A DNA stretch of 25,449 bases. Source: Candidatus Methylomirabilia bacterium. Its GTDB lineage: Bacteria; Methylomirabilota; Methylomirabilia; Rokubacteriales; CSP1-6. Where the stretch lies: positions 1 to 25,449 of the forward strand of contig JBGPXN010000062.1 of the NCBI GenBank assembly GCA_041492755.1, read 5' to 3'. A program made the translations under genes and the position numbers. Shown here one piece after another: positions 1-9,035 of this stretch (within the stretch, counting starts at the first letter, position 1; each line of letters starts with the position of its first letter). The notes beneath the pieces are model-generated. The model was not told where the DNA came from and made no database searches. It saw nothing but the letters and a program-made list of their open reading frames with translations.

Positions 1-10
1 GCTGCTTCTG

Positions 11-86
11 TCGGAGGGGCCCTCGACGGCCCCCACCGAGGCCACCCCCAGGTGTTGCGCCGCAAAAGCGGGCGCGCGAAACCACA
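11..86. repeat. REP-like palindromic repeat (imperfect hairpin TCGGAGGGGCCC-TCGAC-GGCCCCCACCGA plus tail)
   Basis: Hairpin 11-39 pairs 10 of 12 positions. The unit aligns by eye (~70% identity) with 13564-13639. Confidence 0.6.
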
Positions 87-98
87 ATTCCTGTCCGC

Positions 99-2525
99 TC
101 ATCGTTTGCTCCTCGCGGTTTGGATCAAGTGCCAGAGACGCGATGGGGTCATCGGCAGCTCGGTGATCCGGATGCCGAGCGGCGACAGGGCGTCGCTCAC
201 GGCGTTGGCGATGACGGCGGGCACCGTCATCGAGCTCGATTCGCCCAGGCCCTTGGAGCCGAGCGGGGTCAGCGGCGACGGCGACACCACGTGGTCGATC
301 TCGATCTCCGGCGCTTCCATCGCCGTCGGCACCAGATAATCCATGAAGCTCCCGCTGAGGAACTGCCCGTCCTCGTCGTAGGCCAGCTCCTCGTAGAGGG
401 CGCCGCCCAGCCCGTGCAGCGCGCCCCCGTAGATCTGCCCCTCGGCGATCATCGGATTGATGATCGTGCCCGCGTCGTGCACGCTCACGTATTTCAGGAT
501 CCGGATCGCGCCCGTGTCCGGATCGACCTCCACCATCATCACCTCGGCGATGAAGCCATAGGTGTTCGACGAGTTCACGCGGTCCTCCGCGTCCACGGCC
601 CTGGCCTCGGTGAAGCCGAAGACGGCCGTCGCGTGCAGGCCGGGCTCCATCCCCGACGGCAACGACTCCGTGTTCCAGTGCGCGCGCCCGGCCAGGTCCT
701 TGATGGAATACGACGGGCCCTGGCCCGACCGCCGTTGCACCCGCCCGCCGCGGAACTCGACGTCGCCCTTCGGCACCTCCATCAAGTGCGCGGCGTACTC
801 CTCGAGCTTCGCGCGCAGCTTGCGCGCGGCGAGCGCGACGGCGCTGGTGCCCACCGAGCCGAAGCGGCTCGAGTACGTGCCCGACGAGATCGACCACACG
901 CGGGTGAACGTGTCCATCTCGTCGACGACGGTGATCTCCTCGGGCGTGAGCCCCAGCTCGTCGGCGACGATCTGCGAGACGACGGTCTGGTGCCCCTGCC
1001 CCTGGGGCGTCGTGGCCAGGATCGCGATGACGCGGCCGAGGGGGTCGATCTTGATCGTCGCGGCATCCACGGCGCCGGACTTCGGCAGGTACTCCGGCTT
1101 GGCCCGGAACTGCGGGTCGAGCGCGGTGGCGACGTAGCCCATGTTCGAGACCGATGGATCGACGGCGACCGCGAGTCCGATGCCGACGTAGCGGCCGTCC
1201 GCCCGCGCCTTCGCCTGCTCCCGCCGCAGCCGCTCGTAACCCGCCCGCTCGAGCGCCTTGTCGAACGTGGCCGGAAAATCGCCGCTGTCGTAGAGACCGC
1301 CGGTCGGCGTGCGGTACGGCAGCTGCTCGGCGGGGATGAGGTTACGGCGCCGGACTTCGGCGGGGTCGAGCCCGAGCTGTTCCGCCAACCGATCGATCAT
1401 GCCTTCCGTCTCGAAGTAGAGGTGCCCGCACGCATAGCCACGGTTCGGTCCCGTGAGGCTCTTGTTGGTCATCACGACAGAAGCATCGACTTCCAGGTTC
1501 TGAAAGCGGTAAGGCCCAACGAAGTTCCCGGTAGGTCGAAAGCTGCAGCCCGGCTCCGGACTCCGGATGTAGCCGCCTACATTATCGAGCCACCGGAAGC
1601 GCATGCCGAGCACGGTGCCGTCCTTGCGCGCGGCCAGCTCACGATACGCGACGCGATCGGTCCCGCTGGAGGAGGCGAGCAGGTGCTCGCGCCGGTCCTC
1701 GATCCACTTCACCGGCACGCCCGTCTTCATGGCGGCCAGCGAGATGAGCGCGATGTAGGGGTAGATGCTGCTCTTGATCCCGAACGAGCCGCCGATGTCC
1801 GGCGGCACGATGAAGCGCAGCTTGTTCTCCGGTATCCCGAGCACCCGCGCCGTCAGCGGATGCATGATGAACGGCCCCATGAAGTTCGACCACACCGTGA
1901 GGACGCCGTCGAGCGGGTCCCAGCGCGCGATGATCCCGTACGTCTCGATCGGCGTGGAGCCGTACTTGGGGAACTTGAAGCGCTCGCGGATCACGACCTC
2001 CGCCTCGCGGAACGCGCCCTCGGGATCGCCGTAGACCAGCCGGCGGTGGCCCGCCAGGTTGGAGCCGACCGCCTCGTGCAGCACGGGCGCGTCGGCCTCG
2101 AGCGCGCGCTCGGGATCGACGACCGCCGGCAGCGGCTCGTAGTCCACCACCACCGCCTCCGCCGCATCCTCGGCGCGATAACGATCGCGCGCCACCACCA
2201 CCGCCACCGGCTCGCCCACGAAGCGCGCCCGGTCGGTGGCCGCGCAGTAATAGTGGACGGGCGTGGTGACCCCCACCGCGAACGGCTTGGTGGCCTGCGC
2301 GACGTCCGCGCCGGTGATCACGCCGACCACCCCCGGCATGGCGAGCGCCGCCTTCACGTCATATCCATGAATGCGGGCGTGGGCGTAGGGCGACCGCACG
2401 ATGGCCGCGTGATACGGGTTGGCCACCGGCGGGTGATCGTCGATGAACGTGCCGCGCCCGGTGAGCAGGCGCCCGTCCTCGACCCGCTTGACGCTCTTGC
2501 CGATCCATCGAGTCGATTCAGTCAT
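99..2525 (-). CDS. Xanthine dehydrogenase family molybdopterin-binding large subunit (CoxL/HmfA-like), 808 aa
   Basis: IGKSVKRVEDGRLLTGRG N-terminus, DIGGSFG, QGQGH, DAGTIINP..EGQIYGG and KGLGES motifs. ATG at 2525 chosen because family homology starts there. Confidence 0.93.
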   Translation of the reverse strand: MTESTRWIGKSVKRVEDGRLLTGRGTFIDDHPPVANPYHAAIVRSPYAHARIHGYDVKAALAMPGVVGVITGADVAQATKPFAVGVTTPVHYYCAATDRARFVGEPVAVVVARDRYRAEDAAEAVVVDYEPLPAVVDPERALEADAPVLHEAVGSNLAGHRRLVYGDPEGAFREAEVVIRERFKFPKYGSTPIETYGIIARWDPLDGVLTVWSNFMGPFIMHPLTARVLGIPENKLRFIVPPDIGGSFGIKSSIYPYIALISLAAMKTGVPVKWIEDRREHLLASSSGTDRVAYRELAARKDGTVLGMRFRWLDNVGGYIRSPEPGCSFRPTGNFVGPYRFQNLEVDASVVMTNKSLTGPNRGYACGHLYFETEGMIDRLAEQLGLDPAEVRRRNLIPAEQLPYRTPTGGLYDSGDFPATFDKALERAGYERLRREQAKARADGRYVGIGLAVAVDPSVSNMGYVATALDPQFRAKPEYLPKSGAVDAATIKIDPLGRVIAILATTPQGQGHQTVVSQIVADELGLTPEEITVVDEMDTFTRVWSISSGTYSSRFGSVGTSAVALAARKLRAKLEEYAAHLMEVPKGDVEFRGGRVQRRSGQGPSYSIKDLAGRAHWNTESLPSGMEPGLHATAVFGFTEARAVDAEDRVNSSNTYGFIAEVMMVEVDPDTGAIRILKYVSVHDAGTIINPMIAEGQIYGGALHGLGGALYEELAYDEDGQFLSGSFMDYLVPTAMEAPEIEIDHVVSPSPLTPLGSKGLGESSSMTVPAVIANAVSDALSPLGIRITELPMTPSRLWHLIQTARSKR

Positions 2526-2642
2526 GGCAGGCGAAGCATTGCATACCACAGTCGCCATCGGGAGCAAACCCCGGGGCGTGCTCGGATGCTGAAACCCGTC
2601 GGCGGCGTGGGCGAGTCAGCCCCGGGCGCGACGGCCCGACGC

Positions 2643-2671
2643 ATGACAAGCAGGCCCCGGAGTGCTAGTGT
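2643..2671 (+). promoter_or_regulatory. Putative sigma70 promoter for the 2697-9657 operon
   Basis: ATGACA (2643-2648), 17 bp spacer, TAGTGT (2666-2671) preceded by extended -10 TG at 2663-2664. Confidence 0.55.
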
Positions 2672-2696
2672 CTGCGCGCACCAGGCACAGGATCCC

Positions 2697-3215
2697 GTGC
2701 GACGACCCCCTCTCGTCATCGTATTCCTCGCCATACTGCTCGTCGCCCTCGGCGAGACGGCCGGGGCTTTGATGTCCGTGGTGCGCCCGCAGATCGAGTC
2801 CTACGCCCGCGCGCGGGTCGCCGCGAACCCCGTGGCCCATGGCCTGGCCGGGACGGCCGAGTACGATCTCGAGATCACGAGCCGCGCCGTCTTCACCGCC
2901 GAAGCCGGCCTGTCCTTCTTTCACGTCCACGCCGAGGGGCTCGGCCCGATTATCCTGCTCGCTACCACGGTGGTCGCGACGTTCGTTCCTTCCCGTCGCG
3001 TTCGCGGCTGTCTCTACGCGCTGTTCACGCTGGGTGGGCTGTTTCCGCTCGGGTATCTCGTGTACGCTGTCGCGGTGCTGGAGGCCGGGCGCGACACCGG
3101 GGTCGAGCTGGCCGAGCGCTACGTCCTGACTCCTCTCGGCAGCGCCACCATCGTGGGCCTGCTCGCCCTCGCCGTCGTCCTCGCGGGCCGGCGCCGCACG
3201 ACGCCCACGGGATGA
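2697..3215 (+). CDS. Hypothetical ~4-TM membrane protein A with FHVHAEGLG motif, 172 aa
   Basis: Real 3' part of ORF 120..3215. GTG at 2697 after CAGGA, four hydrophobic segments, full-length paralogy to the next gene, ATGA overlap. Confidence 0.82.
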   Translation: MRRPPLVIVFLAILLVALGETAGALMSVVRPQIESYARARVAANPVAHGLAGTAEYDLEITSRAVFTAEAGLSFFHVHAEGLGPIILLATTVVATFVPSRRVRGCLYALFTLGGLFPLGYLVYAVAVLEAGRDTGVELAERYVLTPLGSATIVGLLALAVVLAGRRRTTPTG

Positions 3216-3748
3216 CGGAAGCGAGGCCCGACACATGGCGGGTGCCCTCGGCGTGGGTGTTGTTGGCCGCGATTGCCCTCATCGCGTGCGCGGAGGTCGG
3301 CGGCGCCTCCATGGCGCAGTTCAAGCTCGCCCTCACGCGCTGGGCGCGCGGGACGATGCTGGCGCGGCCGGCGACCCACGGGCTGGTGGGTGTGCGTGAC
3401 GTGGACGAGCAGATCCTCGACGAGGCGCTGGTGAAGTTCGACGCCGGACTTCGGCTGTTCCACCTGCATGCCGAGGGCATGGGGACCATCATCATCGTGG
3501 CCACCATGGTGGCCACCACGGTGGTGCGCGCGCCGGGGCTGCGGCGCGCGATCGTCGTGCTGATCACCGTGGGCGGCGCCGGTTATCCCCTCGGCTATCT
3601 GCTCTGGAGCGCGCTCATCCCCTTCGCCGGCATCGAAGGCGGCAAGGCCCTGGCCGAGCGGCTCGTCTGGATCCCCTTCGGCGGCGCCGCCATCGTGGCG
3701 ATGTGGCTCCTCACCGCCGCCGTCGGCCGAGAGATCGTACGGCGATGA
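3212..3748 (+). CDS. Hypothetical ~4-TM membrane protein B with FHLHAEGMG motif, 178 aa (paralog of A)
   Basis: Shares PxxHGLxG, AGLxxFHxHAEGxG, PLGYL and GxxLAER with protein A. ATGA overlaps at both ends. Confidence 0.85.
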   Translation: MTEARPDTWRVPSAWVLLAAIALIACAEVGGASMAQFKLALTRWARGTMLARPATHGLVGVRDVDEQILDEALVKFDAGLRLFHLHAEGMGTIIIVATMVATTVVRAPGLRRAIVVLITVGGAGYPLGYLLWSALIPFAGIEGGKALAERLVWIPFGGAAIVAMWLLTAAVGREIVRR

Positions 3749-4476
3749 GACGCCACCGCGCGCGGGTCGCGAGGGGAGCGATCATCGACCGGCTCGTCGT
3801 CGGCATCGTGGTGCTCGTCGCCGCGGCGGTCGTCGGCACCGTGCTGCTCCCGGCCACCCCGGCCCCCGCGCATCACGTCGGCACCTACGTCGCGCGCGAC
3901 AACGAGATCTCGGCGAATTTCAAGCAGCTGAAGTTCGCCATCCAGGCCCGAAAGTTCGAGGTCGCCGACCGCCTGTTCGAGGCGGGTACGCTGCGCAAGG
4001 AGCTGCGCGCCCGCGCCGCCGGTCTGCCGGCCGGCCTGGAGAACACGATCCGCGACGGCCTGCGGACCAAGGACCCCGCGCGGGCCGAGCGCGGGTTGAT
4101 GATCTTCTTCGTCGCGCTCGCGCGGGATCTGGCCACCGACGCCGAGCGACAGCTCGGCCAGCCGGGCCCCCGCGGGGCGCGGGTGGCGGCGGGCCAGAAG
4201 TTCCTGGAAGCGGTCTGGCGCTACTACAACCTGGTCGACTTCGCGGTCTCGCAGCACGATCCCAAAGCGGCGGTGGCGATGCGGCTGGCCTTCGACGACG
4301 CCGAGGGCTACGCGCGCGGCCCCGCGGCTCCGGCCGCCGCCAACAATCCCGGCCCGGCGAGCGCGCCGCCGGCGATTCCGGCCGACCCCGAGCGCTTGCG
4401 CGCCGCGCTCCAGCAGATCGCCCGTATCCTGAGCGGAGTGATCGATACGTCCTCAACAGCAAGGAGGGAGTCATGA
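3745..4476 (+). CDS. Hypothetical exported helical protein, predicted mature N-terminus His-His, 243 aa
   Basis: ATG overlaps previous stop. Basic n-region, hydrophobic h-region and A-P-A cleavage site followed by HHVG. Stop overlaps the SBP start. Confidence 0.8.
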   Translation: MRRHRARVARGAIIDRLVVGIVVLVAAAVVGTVLLPATPAPAHHVGTYVARDNEISANFKQLKFAIQARKFEVADRLFEAGTLRKELRARAAGLPAGLENTIRDGLRTKDPARAERGLMIFFVALARDLATDAERQLGQPGPRGARVAAGQKFLEAVWRYYNLVDFAVSQHDPKAAVAMRLAFDDAEGYARGPAAPAAANNPGPASAPPAIPADPERLRAALQQIARILSGVIDTSSTARRES

Positions 4477-5690
4477 GAGTGAAAATGCTCGTCGCCATCG
4501 TCCTGTCGCTCGCGGTCCTCGCGGGCGCCGTCGCGCTCGCCCCCGCCCAGAGCCCGAAGGTCGTGAAGATCGGCGACCTCGGCTCCAAGGTCGGTGTCTT
4601 CGAGGGCTACGGCAAGTACCAGACCATGTCCATCCAGCTCGCGGTGGACGAGCTCAACGCCAAGGGCGGCGTGCTCGGTCACAAGGTCGAGGTGATCGTC
4701 GAGGACGACGAGACCAAGCCGGCGCCGGCCGTCCGCAAGGCGGAGAAGCTGATCCTGCAGGACGAGGTCAAGCTGCTCGTCGGCGCCGTGTCCAGCGGCG
4801 CCACCATGGCCGTGATGGACACGACCAAGAAGCACAAGACGCTGCACTGGAACGCGGTGTCGTGCGCCGAGTTCATGCGGACGACGAAGTTCCACAAGTA
4901 CTACTTCTCGAACCAGCCCGACTCGCGGATGCAGGCCAACGGCCTGGCCAAGTACATGGTCGACAAGATGGGCAAGCGCGTCTACATCTTCTACACCGAC
5001 TACGCCATGGGGCAGTCGGACGGCCGCCAGTTCAAGACCGCCCTCGAGAAGCTCGGTGGCGAGGTGGTCGGGGTGGCCGGGGCGCCGCTCGACACCAAGG
5101 ACTTCAGCCCGTGGTTCGGCGACATCAACGCCAAGAACCCCGACGTCCTGTTCGTCGCCTTCGCCGGCACCGACTCGCTGCGGCTGATGACCCAGCTCCA
5201 CTCCTTCGGCATGACCAAGAAGTACAAGCTGGCCGGGATCGACTGCTTCCTGCTCCAGCAAGACCTGCCCGCCATCGCCGAGGCCATGGAGGGCTTCATC
5301 CAGCTCGCGCACTACTCGCCCTACAACCCGGACCGGCACATGCAGGCGTTCAACGCCAAGTTCAAGAAGAAGTTCAACACGGACGCCAACATCATGGCCG
5401 GCGCCTACGACGGCGTGCTGTTCTGGGCGGCGGCGGCGGAGAAAGCCAAGAGCTTCGACCCCGACAAGATCGTGCCCGTGCTCGAGGGCATGTGCCTGGA
5501 CGAGACGCACATCGGCCGGCAGTGCATCCGCAAGGAAGACCACCAGGTCGTGATGGACATGCACCTGTACCGGGTGGAGAAGGGCAAGAACATCCCGATC
5601 GCGACCCTGCCCGGCAAGGACACCATCGGCGAGCCGATGGTCGGCAAGGACCCGGTCGAGGGCTTCACCTGGGACCTCAAGAAGAAGTAG
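4473..5690 (+). CDS. ABC transporter substrate-binding protein, LivJ/HAAT family
   Basis: Signal peptide, ELNAKGGVLG, DDETKP, GAVSSG and DYAMGQ motifs, strong RBS AAGGAGGGAG, strong codon bias. Confidence 0.95.
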   Translation: MRVKMLVAIVLSLAVLAGAVALAPAQSPKVVKIGDLGSKVGVFEGYGKYQTMSIQLAVDELNAKGGVLGHKVEVIVEDDETKPAPAVRKAEKLILQDEVKLLVGAVSSGATMAVMDTTKKHKTLHWNAVSCAEFMRTTKFHKYYFSNQPDSRMQANGLAKYMVDKMGKRVYIFYTDYAMGQSDGRQFKTALEKLGGEVVGVAGAPLDTKDFSPWFGDINAKNPDVLFVAFAGTDSLRLMTQLHSFGMTKKYKLAGIDCFLLQQDLPAIAEAMEGFIQLAHYSPYNPDRHMQAFNAKFKKKFNTDANIMAGAYDGVLFWAAAAEKAKSFDPDKIVPVLEGMCLDETHIGRQCIRKEDHQVVMDMHLYRVEKGKNIPIATLPGKDTIGEPMVGKDPVEGFTWDLKKK

Positions 5691-5711
5691 GGGAAGCGAA
5701 CACGTAGAGGA

Positions 5712-6590
5712 GTGGACTATCTCGCCGCGGTCCTGCTGCCGCAGCTCCTGCACGGCCTCGTGTTCGGGGCCGCGCTGGGGCTGCTGGCCCTGGGCCTGAC
5801 CGTGATCTTCGGGCTGCTGGGCGTGATGAACTTCGCCCACGGCGAGCTGTACATGCTCGGCGCCTACGCGGGCATCACGGTGATCGGGGTCACCCATTCG
5901 TTCTGGGTGGCCCTGATCGCCGCGCCGCTCATGGTCGGCGCGGTCGCCGCCATCACCGAGGTCGTGACGCTGCGGCCGCTCTACCGCCGGGAGCCGCTCT
6001 ACGGGTTGATCCTCACCTTCGGCCTCGCCCTCGTCTTCCGGGAGGGGGTCCGGCAGGTGTGGGGCGGTGACATGCGGCGCATCCTGCCCGCGGTGACGGG
6101 CTCGACGCCGATTTTCGGCATGACGTATCCGAACTACCGGTTGTTCCTTCTCGGCATCTCCTCGATCCTGTTGCTGGCGATCTGGCTGTTCTTCACGCGC
6201 ACGCGCGCCGGCATCGTCGTGCGCGCCGCCGTGCAGGACGCCGAGATGCTCGACGGCCTCGGCGTCAACGTTCCCCGGGTATTTACCCTCACCTTCGCCG
6301 GGTCGGCGGCGCTGGCGGCGCTGGCCGGCCTGCTCCTGGCCCCGATCTTCACGGTCTATCCGCAGATGGGTGTCGAGATGATCCTGCTCTCGTTCATCGT
6401 GGTGATCCTGGGCGGCATGGGCTCGATGGGCGGATCCGTCATCGCCGCGTTCGTCATCGGCATCACCCAGAGCCTGCTCACGCTCTGGATGAACCCGCAG
6501 CGCGTCGCCATCGCGATCTTCGGGATCATGATCCTCGTGCTGATCGTCCGGCCGCGTGGCTTCTTCGGGCGCGAGGGCGTGCTGGAGTGA
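5712..6590 (+). CDS. livH: Branched-chain amino acid-type ABC permease (LivH family)
   Basis: ALGLTVIFGLLGVMNFAHGELYMLGAY and VILGGMGS motifs. RBS GAGGA before GTG. Confidence 0.93.
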   Translation: MDYLAAVLLPQLLHGLVFGAALGLLALGLTVIFGLLGVMNFAHGELYMLGAYAGITVIGVTHSFWVALIAAPLMVGAVAAITEVVTLRPLYRREPLYGLILTFGLALVFREGVRQVWGGDMRRILPAVTGSTPIFGMTYPNYRLFLLGISSILLLAIWLFFTRTRAGIVVRAAVQDAEMLDGLGVNVPRVFTLTFAGSAALAALAGLLLAPIFTVYPQMGVEMILLSFIVVILGGMGSMGGSVIAAFVIGITQSLLTLWMNPQRVAIAIFGIMILVLIVRPRGFFGREGVLE

Positions 6591-7537
6591 ATCGACTCTT
6601 CGGGTGGCGCGCGGCGTTGGTCTTCGCCGGGCTCGCGCTCCTGCCCCTGACGCCCTGGATGACGAAGTTCTACATGCTGCTGGCCTTCGACGCCCTGCTC
6701 TTCGGCGCCGTCGCCATGAGCCTCGATCTCCTCATCGGCTACACCGGGATGGTGTCGTTCGGGCATGCCGCCTTCTACGGACTCGGCGCCTACGCGACCG
6801 CCGTGCTCCTCGAGCGCGGCGTGGTGTCGATCTGGGTCTGCCTGGCCTTCGCGGCGCTGGTGGTGGGCCTCTACGCGCTGATCGTGGCGTATTTCGCGAC
6901 GAGCCGGCGCGGGATCTACTTCGCCCTCCTCACGCTGATCTTCGCGGAGGTCGTCTACACCTTCTTCCGGTACACGCAGACCTTCGGCGGGTCCGACGGC
7001 ATCCAGGGGTTGCCGGACGCCGCGCTCTTCCCGGGGTTCGCCATCGATACGCCGGCGCGGAAGTATTACCTCGTCGTCGCGTACCTCGCCCTGGCCTGGA
7101 GCGTGTGCCGGGTGGTGGTGCGCTCGCACTTCGGCCGCGTGCTGGTCGCCATCCGGGAGAACGAGGACCGGACGCGGTTCCTCGGCTACAACGTCCAGCG
7201 CTACAAGATGGGCGCCTGCCTGATCTCCGCCATCCTCACCGGGCTCGGCGGCGCCATCTATCCCATCCGGGCCGCGTACGCCACCCCCGACCTGATGGTC
7301 TGGACGGAGTCCGGCGTCTTCATCATCTCGGTGATGATCGGCGGTCTGGGCACGCTGGTCGGCCCGATCATCGGCGGGGCGTTCTTCGTGGTGTTGCAGG
7401 AAAAGGTCTCGTCGTACGTGAACTGGTACCTGATTATCGTGGGCCTCGTGCTGATCGGCATCGTCCTGTTCATGCCGCGCGGCCTCATCGGTCTCCGGCG
7501 CGCGTTCCGGCTCCGTCCGTGGCGGGCCACCGCGTAG
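6587..7537 (+). CDS. livM: Branched-chain amino acid-type ABC permease (LivM family)
   Basis: GYTGMVSFGHAAFYGLGAY, TFGGSDGI, AIRENE and IGGLGTLVGP motifs. GTGA overlap. Confidence 0.93.
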   Translation: MNRLFGWRAALVFAGLALLPLTPWMTKFYMLLAFDALLFGAVAMSLDLLIGYTGMVSFGHAAFYGLGAYATAVLLERGVVSIWVCLAFAALVVGLYALIVAYFATSRRGIYFALLTLIFAEVVYTFFRYTQTFGGSDGIQGLPDAALFPGFAIDTPARKYYLVVAYLALAWSVCRVVVRSHFGRVLVAIRENEDRTRFLGYNVQRYKMGACLISAILTGLGGAIYPIRAAYATPDLMVWTESGVFIISVMIGGLGTLVGPIIGGAFFVVLQEKVSSYVNWYLIIVGLVLIGIVLFMPRGLIGLRRAFRLRPWRATA

Positions 7538-7542
7538 CCGCC

Positions 7543-8313
7543 GTGGCTGGCAACGGCGGCGCCTCCTCCATCCTCGAGGTCGAGGGCGTGTCGCGGAACT
7601 TCGGCGCGCTCGCCGCCCTGACGCGGGTGAGCTTCACCGTGCGCGAGGGCGAGGTGTTCTCCGTGATCGGACCCAACGGCGCCGGCAAATCGACGCTGTT
7701 CAACGTCATCACCGGCCTGCACGCGCCGACGGCTGGGCACGTTCGCTTCCGCGGCGAGGAGATCACCGGGCTGCCCCCCGAAGAGGTCAATCGCCGCGGC
7801 CTCGCCAAGACGTTTCAGATCACCAACGTCTTCCCGGCCATCTCGGTGTTCGAGAACGTCCGCGTGGCCGCTCAGTCGCGCTCCGCGGAATCGGGACGCC
7901 TGGCCTCCCTCTGGCGGCTGCCCGACGTCGACGGCCCGGTACTGGAGCTGCTGGAGGCCTTCGGCCTCGACGCCCGCCGCGACGAGCTGGCCGAAAATCT
8001 CTCGCACGGCGAGCAGCGATACCTCGAAGTCTGCCTGGCCCTGGCGACGACGCCCACGCTGCTCCTGCTCGACGAGCCCACGGCGGGCATGACCCCCGGG
8101 GAGACGAAAGACGCCACCGAAAGGATCCGTGCCATCGCCGAGGCCCGCCGGCTCACCGTGCTCTTGATCGAGCACGACATGAGCGTGGTGATGGGGGTGT
8201 CCGACCGGATCGCCGTGCTGCACTTCGGCGAGAAGATCGCGGAGGGCACCCCGGACGCCATCCGCAACGACCCGCGCGTGATCGACGCCTACCTCGGCGG
8301 GGCGGAGGATTAA
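7543..8313 (+). CDS. livG: ABC ATP-binding protein (LivG family)
   Basis: Walker A GPNGAGKST, LSHGEQR, LLLDEPTAG, IEHDM, DAYLG. GTG at 7543 is the plausible start within ORF 6556..8313. Confidence 0.92.
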   Translation: MAGNGGASSILEVEGVSRNFGALAALTRVSFTVREGEVFSVIGPNGAGKSTLFNVITGLHAPTAGHVRFRGEEITGLPPEEVNRRGLAKTFQITNVFPAISVFENVRVAAQSRSAESGRLASLWRLPDVDGPVLELLEAFGLDARRDELAENLSHGEQRYLEVCLALATTPTLLLLDEPTAGMTPGETKDATERIRAIAEARRLTVLLIEHDMSVVMGVSDRIAVLHFGEKIAEGTPDAIRNDPRVIDAYLGGAED

Positions 8314-8327
8314 GTGGGGCCGCGCTG

Positions 8328-9035
8328 ATGTTCCGGATCAGCGAGGTCCATGCCGGATACGGCGCGACGCCGATCCTCTTCGGCGTCTCGCTGGAGGTGC
8401 GCGAGGGCGAAGCGGTGGCGCTGCTCGGCAAGAACGGGATGGGCAAGACCACCCTCATGAAGACGGCCATGGGCTTCCTGCGCCCGTGGCGCGGCGCCAT
8501 CGAATTCAACGGCCACCCGCTCACCGGGCTCACGCCCCACGAGATCGCGCGGCTCGGCATCGGCTTCGTGCCCGAGAACCGGCGCGTCTTCCCGGGGCTC
8601 ACCGTCCGGGAAAATCTGGAGCTGGGCCTCTCCGCGGTGTCGCGCCGCACGGGCGCGCTCCGCCAGGATCGGCTGGACGAGGTCTTCCGCCACTTCCCCC
8701 GGCTGCAAGAACGCATCGACCAGCCCGCGAAGACGCTGTCCGGCGGCGAGCAGCAGATGCTCGCGATCGCGCGGGTGATGATGGCCCACGCCCGCATCAT
8801 CCTCATGGACGAGCCGACCCAGGGCCTGGCCCCCGCCCTCGTGCACCACATCCGCGAGATGATCCACGAGCTCAAACGGCTCGGCGTCACCGTCCTGCTC
8901 GTCGAGCAGAACGCGCGCATGGCGCTCAACGTCTGCGATCGCGGCTACATCATGGAAAAGGGCGTGATCGTGTTCGAGGGCCGGTCGCAGGAGCTGCGGG
9001 AAAGCCCGGTGACCCGTGAGAAGCTGGGCGTCTAG
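8328..9035 (+). CDS. livF: ABC ATP-binding protein (LivF family)
   Basis: GKNGMGKTT, LSGGEQQMLAIAR, MDEPTQGLAP, LLVEQN. Confidence 0.94.
   Translation: MFRISEVHAGYGATPILFGVSLEVREGEAVALLGKNGMGKTTLMKTAMGFLRPWRGAIEFNGHPLTGLTPHEIARLGIGFVPENRRVFPGLTVRENLELGLSAVSRRTGALRQDRLDEVFRHFPRLQERIDQPAKTLSGGEQQMLAIARVMMAHARIILMDEPTQGLAPALVHHIREMIHELKRLGVTVLLVEQNARMALNVCDRGYIMEKGVIVFEGRSQELRESPVTREKLGV

Noticed and set aside
99..2525. Aerobic CO dehydrogenase CoxL call
   Set aside because: Lacks the AYxCSFR and AYxGAGR loops, and there are no coxMS genes in the window.
2540..2567. Minus-strand promoter for the molybdoenzyme (TTGCTC-16-TATGCA)
   Set aside because: The -10 lacks the conserved final T and the spacing is suboptimal; too weak to call.
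120..2696. 1031-aa plus-strand ORF 120..3215
   Set aside because: Antisense shadow of the molybdoenzyme gene caused by GC3 bias. Only 2697-3215 looks like a real protein.
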